Virus record (IMG/VR): IMGVR_UViG_3300029286_000009
Span: 1 to 64,000 of that record
Strand: one strand, 5' to 3'
Length of the DNA stretch: 64,000 bases
This document shows positions 56,720 to 64,000 of this stretch, piece after piece. The translations under genes and the position numbers were made by a program. Below the pieces are notes generated by a model. It saw nothing but the letters and a program-made list of their open reading frames with translations. It ran no database searches and had not been told where the DNA came from. The stretch's first letter is position 1. Every line of letters starts with the position of its first letter.

Positions 56720-57627
56720 TGCAAAATGTTTCTATTTGTCTGACGTTACGGAATAGAGCAAATTTATTAAAGTGGTGCTTAGAAAGTATTACACGACAGG
56801 ATTGTGACCTTTCTAAGGTGGAAGTGTGTATTACAGATGGTGGGTCAACCGATAATCTTTTGACTACGATTGACCAATTCTCAGAGAAACTTACTTTTCG
56901 TTTTTGTGTAGCTGATAGAAGGAAGGCTTACATCCCTGTGGCTTCTAATTGTCCTGCGAATGAGATTAACTTGGCAACGAAATTCGTAGCTACGTCTGAC
57001 TACATAATCAAGACAGACCCAGAGATAGTGTTTAGAGACCCATGGGTAATTTCTGAGATAGTATCGTGTTTAGAACGAGATGACTCCTGTATGTATAATG
57101 CCCGCACACACTTTACTAGAGAAGATGGGTGGTTCTCTTCTTACGATGATATTATAAGAGATTATGAGAAGCATTATGTTGTAGCTGAGAACTCGTTATT
57201 TCACAGATCAAAATTTTACTTCTGTTCTGGGTTTTCTCGTCAGCGATTTGTAGAAATGGGTGGGGTAGAAGAGTTAATGGGGCTGGGTGTTGGATATGAT
57301 GATACACTATATCGTGAAGTATTTCGGAACAGATATGGTTCCTATGAGAAAGAAATCACGGGACAAGCTATCCATTTGTGGCATGGGGCTAACCAATCAC
57401 GCTCTACGTGGGAAGTAGCCAATAGCCGTATATTTGATTATCTAAAGTATGATGTAATCTCTAATGTGGTTAGGTTAGATGGGCAGGGGCATCTCATACG
57501 TCTGCCTGAGCCGCAGTGGGCTAATCCAGAAATGCTAAGTAAAATTTATACGATTAAGAACGGGCAGATTACAAAGGTGGATGATGTTAATGATGGAAGC
57601 TCTAGAGAACTTGAGTTACCTTTTTAG
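56707..57627 (+). CDS. Glycosyltransferase, GT2-like (paralogue of 35057..35932)
   Basis: NR..LL...LESI..Q, EVCITDGGSTD, NCPA..N, YIIKTDPE, MGG..E....GYDD, HLWHG. Confidence 0.82.
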   Translation: MEKLMQNVSICLTLRNRANLLKWCLESITRQDCDLSKVEVCITDGGSTDNLLTTIDQFSEKLTFRFCVADRRKAYIPVASNCPANEINLATKFVATSDYIIKTDPEIVFRDPWVISEIVSCLERDDSCMYNARTHFTREDGWFSSYDDIIRDYEKHYVVAENSLFHRSKFYFCSGFSRQRFVEMGGVEELMGLGVGYDDTLYREVFRNRYGSYEKEITGQAIHLWHGANQSRSTWEVANSRIFDYLKYDVISNVVRLDGQGHLIRLPEPQWANPEMLSKIYTIKNGQITKVDDVNDGSSRELELPF

Positions 57628-57641
57628 GAGTAGGAGGGGAT

Positions 57642-58664
57642 GTGTATAACCATATAATTCAAATGTTAGAGCCGCATGCCGATAAGGTATCTTATTTGTC
57701 TCGCATGCGTCAAACCCAAGCGTTCTTTGAAGAGGCGGGGATAATTGATATTATAAATAAACCTCACGTAGAGGAACCATTGTCAATAGTATGGGCATTG
57801 AGCACCCAGGCTGGAGAGGTTTTTGATGCCCAGTTAAGATGTTTATTGCAACAGTCTAGCATCTTACAAGATCATGATCAAATTGTGTTGGTCGCTGAGA
57901 AAGAACGCAGGCAGGAGGTTACTAGTGTGGTTAGTAACCTGGCTGAATTCGTTGATATCAAAGTTATTTATATAGACAGACATTGTGTAGGAGACCGTCC
58001 TACATTGAATTGGGATATCGGGTTAAACTACGCAAAATATAACAGAGTTTTGTTTCTTAGGGACTTATGTCTCTTTTTTAATCCATGGAACCTGATTAAA
58101 GAGGCTAGGGAAGTTTCTATTACCAATCGTATTACTAACATGAGTGTGATTTTAGGTCCTACTCTAAGTAGATATACAGACCAGTGGGCTTACTTAGTTC
58201 ACCCCTTTTATTCGCCCACGCCATTTTTGTTTGCTTTTGTAGCAAGCCGCGACGATGTAAAGCGAATAGGGGGGTTTGACCCTGTATTTGCTCGTGGATT
58301 TGATCATGCAGGTGAGTTAGACTTTATGATACGATGGGCGATGAAGAACAATACTTACGATATCAATGGTGACATAACTGTATTGCATCCTGGAATTCCG
58401 ACAACAAGAGCGTCTCTCGAAGAAATGCAATTTCATTCTACAGTGAACCGCCGCTATTTCTACGATCGTTACGGGGAAGAATTCATAAACAAATTGAAGC
58501 CGCCACTGAAGCTGGATCTGCCTTTGATAGAGGTTAACCACGCACTCACACTGTCTCCATTTATGGTTAAACCGTTGGACGACCAGTTCGTAGATTTACA
58601 ACCAAAAGCATTTGATTTTATGAAACGACCACTAGATTATTATGTGGTAGAGGAAACCCAATGA
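57642..58664 (+). CDS. Divergent GT2-like glycosyltransferase
   Basis: RIGGFD..F..G....E.DF..RW. The expected DxD position reads LRDL. Confidence 0.62.
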   Translation: MYNHIIQMLEPHADKVSYLSRMRQTQAFFEEAGIIDIINKPHVEEPLSIVWALSTQAGEVFDAQLRCLLQQSSILQDHDQIVLVAEKERRQEVTSVVSNLAEFVDIKVIYIDRHCVGDRPTLNWDIGLNYAKYNRVLFLRDLCLFFNPWNLIKEAREVSITNRITNMSVILGPTLSRYTDQWAYLVHPFYSPTPFLFAFVASRDDVKRIGGFDPVFARGFDHAGELDFMIRWAMKNNTYDINGDITVLHPGIPTTRASLEEMQFHSTVNRRYFYDRYGEEFINKLKPPLKLDLPLIEVNHALTLSPFMVKPLDDQFVDLQPKAFDFMKRPLDYYVVEETQ

Positions 58665-58894
58665 TACAATATAATATTGAGACGGGTTGTGGTGGTGGTA
58701 TACGTAGGGTATATGTAACCCCTGATAATTATTTACCTACAGTAGCGACAGGTATACATACCTATATAGTAGAAGCTGAAGACCCGGAAGATGCAGTAAG
58801 TGTGCTAAGAGACTATTATAATCCAAATTTAATTTGTAGTGTATACGAATGGCATAATTATCCCCAACCATTGCGGAGAAAGTATAATGGGTGA
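58661..58894 (+). CDS. Hypothetical protein
   Basis: 77-aa ATGA-coupled ORF. Confidence 0.5.
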   Translation: MIQYNIETGCGGGIRRVYVTPDNYLPTVATGIHTYIVEAEDPEDAVSVLRDYYNPNLICSVYEWHNYPQPLRRKYNG

Positions 58895-59276
58895 CCTTAT
58901 TATCCAGCGGTTAATTGACGACACTCTGGGGGGACTAGCTAAATGGGAGTTTGTATGGGGCTTCTTTACTCCTGCCAAATATTTCTTCCCCATGTTTATT
59001 GGTAAAGATGGAAATGGGCAAAGCTTAAAAATAGTGCCTGAGTTTATAGTCGCTCCTGATCAACCGATGTTTGCAGTGATGCTTTATGTAGGAGACGATG
59101 CTTACTGGAGTGACACAGAGGAATTTCTTATAGAACAAGGGATGGATTTATGGGTATCGGTAGAAAATAAGTGCACTAACAATGAATTTTTTATGAGTGA
59201 GATGCAAAAGAGGGTAGCAGAAGCACAACAAGGCAGGAAGTACCCAACGGTAGACACAGAGGGGGCACAAACGTGA
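58839..59276 (+). CDS. Hypothetical protein
   Basis: ORF in the operon; start is probably the internal ATG (MGDLII) after GGAG. Confidence 0.55.
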   Translation: MYTNGIIIPNHCGESIMGDLIIQRLIDDTLGGLAKWEFVWGFFTPAKYFFPMFIGKDGNGQSLKIVPEFIVAPDQPMFAVMLYVGDDAYWSDTEEFLIEQGMDLWVSVENKCTNNEFFMSEMQKRVAEAQQGRKYPTVDTEGAQT

Positions 59277-59440
59277 CAGACTGGTTTGTCTACGATAAGT
59301 ATGACTCGAGACCGATTTATGGATATCATTGTGAAGTTTGTGGGTGTCCTTTTGGAGATAATCCTGCCTTTTGCGAACTTTGTGGGGTACCGCTATTTGA
59401 TCCGGAAGAAACTTTACCAGACGAAGACTTATTTATATAG
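59273..59440 (+). CDS. Small zinc-ribbon protein (55 aa, not in ORF track)
   Basis: GTGA-coupled ORF containing HCEVCG...FCELCG; fills the gap before 59448. Confidence 0.6.
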   Translation: MTDWFVYDKYDSRPIYGYHCEVCGCPFGDNPAFCELCGVPLFDPEETLPDEDLFI

Positions 59441-59447
59441 GTGAAAA

Positions 59448-59750
59448 ATGGAAAAAGATTTAGAAGACAAAATTGCAAATTACATATACGAGAGTTATCT
59501 AGCAGGAAATGTAGTTGACATATTAAAACCAAACGTCGCTTCAGATATTCTTACTGCGAGGATAAGAACAAACAATTTACTTATTCAGATCAATCGGAGT
59601 CCCACGGCGTCATTTGGGGTGAATGGTATATGGATTACAAGTCCTTATGCTGCACAGATTTATAACGGATGGATGGAAGAACAGCGATACATTGAGACTA
59701 CACGTAGACAGCAACTTTTGAAGGAAGTCGCTGTGATTTGTGGGTTATAA
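59448..59750 (+). CDS. Hypothetical protein
   Basis: 100-aa ORF in the operon. Confidence 0.55.
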   Translation: MEKDLEDKIANYIYESYLAGNVVDILKPNVASDILTARIRTNNLLIQINRSPTASFGVNGIWITSPYAAQIYNGWMEEQRYIETTRRQQLLKEVAVICGL

Positions 59751-60615
59751 AATGGAATGGTATGTAGCATCTGGAGCGTTAGGTTGGGATGGGCGGGGCT
59801 GGTTTTGGGAAAAACCTTTAGTATGGTCAGGTATTATAGACCCTGCCCTGTTTACAGTCACAACCAAGACATTAACATTAAACCCCAATAAAGGAAATTG
59901 GTTTGCCGTCTGTCCTGTTCGTGGCGGCGTTTGGAATAATATGGGGTTACCGAATAAAGGATTGCGGTGGTGGTTGGATAATTACTATTTGAAGAACAAA
60001 GCTGTGTATAAGAGCCCGTGTCATAATATACACCGAGGAACTTTACCCTACAAGACACTACTTTCTCTTGCTCCTTCTACACCTGAAGAAGCAGTAGCAA
60101 TGATGAATCTTTTGGATGACTATGATGTAATATGGGATTGGAATTTTAAAGGGCTTGAATTAAATGTCTCATGCCCAAACGTCCACAACATTGAATTTGA
60201 ACAAATAAGTGAAATAATTGATGCTTGCAATGAAACTGTAGCAAGTAATACAAAAGGAAATGGAGTGGTGCGGTTACGAATGACTATCAAGCTGAATCGT
60301 TCTCAAATAAGATTTGGGTATAGAAAATTACAAGAACTCGTTCCTAAGTGTAAAGCAGTGTCATTAAATTCTGTACCAGATACTTATGGTAATGGGGCAT
60401 GGTCAGGTAAGAGAGCACAGCTGGGAAACTGGTCTGCTGCGGCGTTACTTCAGCATATGGGTTTCAAAGTAATTTGGCCTTCTATTTGGGAGTATGGGGA
60501 TATACAGAGAGCGATTGATGGGGGAGCCCAAGCCATATCTTTTGGTGCGGTGCATCTGTTACGTTCCTGGGCACCCTCAATGTGGGTGCGCCGGTATATG
60601 AAGGAGAGAGTATGA
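59740..60615 (+). CDS. pyrD: Dihydroorotate dehydrogenase-like FMN enzyme
   Basis: ASG, TTKTLT..P.KGN, N.MGLPNKG, ELNVSCPN (class 1 catalytic Cys), IKL, SG, GA.A. Confidence 0.7.
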   Translation: MGYKMEWYVASGALGWDGRGWFWEKPLVWSGIIDPALFTVTTKTLTLNPNKGNWFAVCPVRGGVWNNMGLPNKGLRWWLDNYYLKNKAVYKSPCHNIHRGTLPYKTLLSLAPSTPEEAVAMMNLLDDYDVIWDWNFKGLELNVSCPNVHNIEFEQISEIIDACNETVASNTKGNGVVRLRMTIKLNRSQIRFGYRKLQELVPKCKAVSLNSVPDTYGNGAWSGKRAQLGNWSAAALLQHMGFKVIWPSIWEYGDIQRAIDGGAQAISFGAVHLLRSWAPSMWVRRYMKERV

Positions 60616-61502
60616 GTGAATTTATTTGTGCATATGGGGTCGTCATCGAACCTCTTGTGGGGCGACTTCCAGTTCATGAGAGCATTCAGAGTATATATGA
60701 TGCGGTGGATCGGATAATTATCTTAGACCAATCCAAGTATGACAGAATTGACTTATCAATGTACGGAAAAGTAGAACACATTAAAGGTGTATTTAATACG
60801 TTTGATAACCCGATTGGATCTGCTTATAATAGTGCTTTAAAACGAGCATCTATATATGCAGACCTACTTTTATTTTTAGATCTTGACGAAATTTTTGAAT
60901 TCAAAAATGAAAGTCTAAAAGACATAGCTAAGCATTATCCTTTAGAGTCGGGGGCTGGTATTGCTTTTAGTTTGGTAAATTACTACTGTAGTAGAAATTT
61001 TGTAATAGATGGATGTAGTAGTAAAGGTTCCCATTTATTTCGTAACTCAGACAATTTATTCCATGACTTGTTACAAGGGCACTGGACACCGCACAGCCAG
61101 ATTAGAAGAACTAACGTAGAACCAGATTTAAACGACGGAGTACGTCTGGGTGACCAGGTGGGTAGACCTATGGCACACTACCCCCCTATTCCTGCAGAGG
61201 ACGTTACGGTGCATCACACAAGCCATCTTGATCCAATCGGAAAGATGGTTAGAAGTGCTGTGCAGTTTAATCATGTAGCTACGATTGACCTACCACTCTT
61301 TTCTCCTTATGATATGCGGTTGACACCAGAAGCAGCAGCACGCATTTATGAATTAGGGGAGAAGAAGATAAAGGATAAGAACTTAGTTCTATGGGGTAAC
61401 CCGGTCCCGTTTGAGTACGTTCCGAATAAGCTATTAGAACAGTATATTCAGCGATGTAATATCACAGAATTTGATCCCACAGATTTTTTCGTTCAGACGT
61501 AA
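60612..61502 (+). CDS. GT2-like glycosyltransferase
   Basis: ESIQSI.D.VDRIIILD, N.AL..A...LLFLDLDE, LFRN, HH (track start 60582). Confidence 0.7.
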   Translation: MSEFICAYGVVIEPLVGRLPVHESIQSIYDAVDRIIILDQSKYDRIDLSMYGKVEHIKGVFNTFDNPIGSAYNSALKRASIYADLLLFLDLDEIFEFKNESLKDIAKHYPLESGAGIAFSLVNYYCSRNFVIDGCSSKGSHLFRNSDNLFHDLLQGHWTPHSQIRRTNVEPDLNDGVRLGDQVGRPMAHYPPIPAEDVTVHHTSHLDPIGKMVRSAVQFNHVATIDLPLFSPYDMRLTPEAAARIYELGEKKIKDKNLVLWGNPVPFEYVPNKLLEQYIQRCNITEFDPTDFFVQT

Positions 61503-61506
61503 ATGT

Positions 61507-61518
61507 GGGTACTATACT
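61507..61518 (+). promoter_or_regulatory. Putative phage promoter GGGTAC-TATACT
   Basis: In the 45-nt gap before the nuclease gene, upstream of a GGAGAGG RBS. Confidence 0.55.
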
Positions 61519-61547
61519 TATAGTAGAGCGAAAACATAGGAGAGGTA

Positions 61548-62717
61548 ATGGCAACTAAGACAGAGAAGAATTTGCGACCAAGGAGTTTAAGTCCAACTTG
61601 TATTGAAGCCTTTTTACAATGTACTTTGAAATTCTGGTACCGGTATCATACTAAAGAACCAGAAGTAGGGGACACTACAGCACTAAGGTTTGGGAGTGCA
61701 GTCCACTCTGCCTTAGAAGCATTTGCTAAAAAATTGCAGGCAGGTGCCGTGTTGGACACTGATTTATGTGAGAGTATCGCACAGAATGAGTTTATGTCTG
61801 CCGCCGCCGAAAACCGTATAATTGACCCTGCCCTTATTAAGGAGGGGCAGGATATGATGCGGGCGCGATACAACAGACATAACCCAACATATCCAATTGT
61901 AGCAGTAGAATTAAACTTCAGCAAAATGAAAATGACCACAGACAAAGGTGTGCCTATAAATGGTATTATAGACTTAGTTCAAGAAATGACGCCGGACATG
62001 GCACTGATTGTGGACTACAAGACTTCTCGGCGGGCTAAGACCCCGTCAGAAGCTCAGAGTGATGTGCAGTTGTCCATGTATGACTTGTTAATCTCTAAGA
62101 AGTACCCCAAATACAGCAAAGTATGGTTGGCTTTGGAGTTTCTTAGAAGTGAAGCTGTCATTTCTGACCGGGTAGTTGCTGATAGGGTTTCTTTTGAGCG
62201 TTGGTTGAATGAACTCTGGGTAAATATGGGGGACCAGCACGAGAAAGATGTTAAGCCGACAATAAACCAGTATTGTCCTTGGTGCGGTTATAAGCATCTT
62301 TGTCACGCATTTAAACATGTGTTGGATGCTGATATCCAGTTAATCCCAACAGCGTCATTAGACTCAACGACAGTATTTACTGAAGAGTGGAAGAAAGCCA
62401 AGGCATTAGAAAAAATTGCTTCCGAAAGGATACTAGAGCTGAAAGCGTGGGCGAATAATGCGGTGGAACTGGAGGGGCTATTTAAATTTGAGGATGATAC
62501 CTCAGTGTTATCCTGGAACCAGAGCAGCCGTACATTTTATGATGCAAAAACTTTACTACCCCATATCCCCCTGGATGACTTGGCAAGGATAGTTTCCATT
62601 AAGAATGAAGCATTGCTAACTTATGTAAATAATGAACGCCCCGACCTCAAACCAGTAGTAGACGCAGCTACACGGTCAACAGTAATGGGAGCAAGAATAA
62701 CCACAAGGAAGAAGTGA
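61548..62717 (+). CDS. PD-(D/E)XK Cas4/RecB-like exonuclease
   Basis: LSPT....F.QC, FGSAVH.ALE, E, G.ID, IVDYKT, QL.MY, CPWC.Y...C (four Cys of the Fe-S staple). Confidence 0.85.
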   Translation: MATKTEKNLRPRSLSPTCIEAFLQCTLKFWYRYHTKEPEVGDTTALRFGSAVHSALEAFAKKLQAGAVLDTDLCESIAQNEFMSAAAENRIIDPALIKEGQDMMRARYNRHNPTYPIVAVELNFSKMKMTTDKGVPINGIIDLVQEMTPDMALIVDYKTSRRAKTPSEAQSDVQLSMYDLLISKKYPKYSKVWLALEFLRSEAVISDRVVADRVSFERWLNELWVNMGDQHEKDVKPTINQYCPWCGYKHLCHAFKHVLDADIQLIPTASLDSTTVFTEEWKKAKALEKIASERILELKAWANNAVELEGLFKFEDDTSVLSWNQSSRTFYDAKTLLPHIPLDDLARIVSIKNEALLTYVNNERPDLKPVVDAATRSTVMGARITTRKK

Positions 62718-62733
62718 TCCTGAGGAGAAGATA

Positions 62734-63654
62734 ATGAGGTGGCTACTTATTGGCGGAGGTGGTTTTATAGGAAGTCACCTCACTTCTTTCTTGCTTAAAA
62801 ATAAACAGGAAGTAATAGTATATGATAATAACTCATTTTGCTTACCAGGAGATTTAATTGCAACAAACTTCCACCGGTATTTAGGTGACGTATCTAATAC
62901 GACCACTTTAGCTACTGTGGTAAACGTGCATAACCCAGAAGTAGTATGCTGGTTAGTGGCGTTTCATGCCTATGATGCGGGTGAAAATCCATTTATCAAG
63001 GTGTCTTGGCTGAACTACACATTGAATAATGTTTTACCAGTGGTTGCTACAGCCCCCCGCAAATTTGTTTTATTTTCTTCAGAAGCAGTTTACGTTCCAC
63101 AACAAGAACTTATAGTAGAAGAGAGCCCTTTAAGGTGGGGGCACCCTAGAACGGAAATTCAAGGGCACATAATCACTGAATGGTACACCAGGAGTTTATG
63201 TGGACACCTAAAAATACCCTATATGATTTTAAGACTTTCAAATACAATAGGTAAACGACAATTTTATCACCCAGTAGTAGACCGGCTTTCTTTTATGATA
63301 GACCATATTTTACTGAAGAGTCCTACTCTAATAATTACAAACCCTAACCAAGCCCGAGACTACTTATACATAAATGACGCAATTCCAATGATATATAAAA
63401 TCATTCGTAACGGGCAAGGAGGACAAGTATACAACATTGCGAGTGGGATAGGTGTTACGAATGATGAGCTATTACAGGAACTTATAGAGCTTACCGATCC
63501 GAGTCATTTACCTAAGGTGGTAGACAGTAAAGAGGCGAATATTGTATTGTCAACTGCCAAATCCGCCCCAATTGCTAAGGGTAAGATTACCCCCATCAAT
63601 CGGATATTACCTGGATTAGTAAACTATCGCAAAGAAATACTAGGAGGCTTTTAG
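62734..63654 (+). CDS. NDP-sugar epimerase-like SDR lacking the catalytic YxxxK
   Basis: GGGGFIGSHL, VYDN, SS.AVY, LR.SN..G, Q.RDYLY..D, YNIASG. The YxxxK position reads TEIQGH. Confidence 0.75.
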   Translation: MRWLLIGGGGFIGSHLTSFLLKNKQEVIVYDNNSFCLPGDLIATNFHRYLGDVSNTTTLATVVNVHNPEVVCWLVAFHAYDAGENPFIKVSWLNYTLNNVLPVVATAPRKFVLFSSEAVYVPQQELIVEESPLRWGHPRTEIQGHIITEWYTRSLCGHLKIPYMILRLSNTIGKRQFYHPVVDRLSFMIDHILLKSPTLIITNPNQARDYLYINDAIPMIYKIIRNGQGGQVYNIASGIGVTNDELLQELIELTDPSHLPKVVDSKEANIVLSTAKSAPIAKGKITPINRILPGLVNYRKEILGGF

Positions 63655-63656
63655 AT

Positions 63657-64000
63657 TTGAACACTTTGTATGACTTCTTACAAACGGATGCACAAATAAG
63701 TGTAGCACTAGAATATTTCATTAATGCACCAATAATTACCATAGATACAGAAACAAACGGACTAGATCCGCATACTAATCGGGTGTTATTAATACAGATG
63801 TCTATAGGAAATTATACCGTCATCATAGACATGACTACATCTAATAGCTTGGCTCAACGGGATATGGATTCTAAAGTTTGGAGAATGATGGTCGCCATAC
63901 TGACCAGCTCCGCATTAAAAATCGGGCACAACATAGGGTTTGATTTCAAAATGTTGCGGGCGTGGTTTGGTTGTGACATGACCAATATGTATTGTACGAT
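63657..64000 (+). CDS. polA: Partial DNA polymerase I-type protein (3'-5' exonuclease domain), runs off the window
   Basis: TTG start after GGAGG; translation contains IDTETNGLDP..NRVLLIQ (ExoI) and KIGHNIGFDFKML (ExoII). The polymerase domain is not visible. Confidence 0.75.
   Translation, partial: MNTLYDFLQTDAQISVALEYFINAPIITIDTETNGLDPHTNRVLLIQMSIGNYTVIIDMTTSNSLAQRDMDSKVWRMMVAILTSSALKIGHNIGFDFKMLRAWFGCDMTNMYCT

Noticed and set aside
30573-61502. Ordinary bacterial O-antigen/capsule cluster or serotype-conversion cassette
   Set aside because: No flippase, polymerase, ABC exporter, initiating transferase or GtrABC is visible, and the locus is interleaved with phage-type genes and small orphan ORFs. 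Genes outside the window could change this.
467-62318. Minus-strand and nested short ORFs in the six-frame track
   Set aside because: They overlap longer + strand genes with clear motifs, lack recognisable domains, and look like shadow ORFs.
61548-62717. Cas4-like nuclease as evidence of a CRISPR-Cas system
   Set aside because: No repeat-spacer array or other cas genes are present; stand-alone Cas4/RecB-like nucleases are common near phage polymerases.
1-64000. Alternative genetic code (stop-codon reassignment seen in some large phages)
   Set aside because: Coding density is near complete in the standard code, and TAA, TAG and TGA all end full-length domains next to the following start.
1-64000. 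tRNA, rRNA, intron or intein
   Set aside because: Intergenic gaps are short and show no cloverleaf; RecA and DnaB have normal lengths with no intein motifs.

Overview
This window looks like part of a large bacteriophage genome. Credible genes are densely packed, almost all translationally coupled, and all on the + strand in the standard code. There are no housekeeping operons, tRNAs or CRISPR arrays. Three modules are visible. (1) 1-21,045 is a probable virion/structural region with giant proteins (3198 aa, 2158 aa with lectin-like domains, and a 666 aa 12-mer repeat protein). (2) 21,326-30,580 is a bacterial-type replication/recombination module (beta clamp, RecA, DnaB, DnaG, an SSB with an N-terminal Q/P-rich tail, DnaJ, RuvC, an Sm/Hfq-like protein). 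It is preceded by a structured 280-bp intergenic region that may be an origin with back-to-back promoters. (3) 30,573-63,654 is a large glycan-building locus: about 11 glycosyltransferase-like genes, 4 methyltransferases, an O-acetyltransferase, a sulfotransferase, 4 NDP-sugar SDRs and a Campylobacter-capsule-like GDP-heptose pathway (GmhA, HddA, HddC, Cj1427-like dehydrogenase, Fcl-like reductase), with no export or polymerase genes. Interspersed are a putative homing endonuclease, an IS1595 relic next to a Panacea antitoxin, ADP-ribosylglycohydrolase, RNase HII, PyrD and a Cas4-like nuclease. The window ends in the start of a PolA-type exonuclease domain. The best candidate for an undescribed system is a phage-encoded modified-heptose glycosylation machinery acting on virion proteins or possibly DNA. 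All family calls come from recognising motifs by eye; no database search was run.
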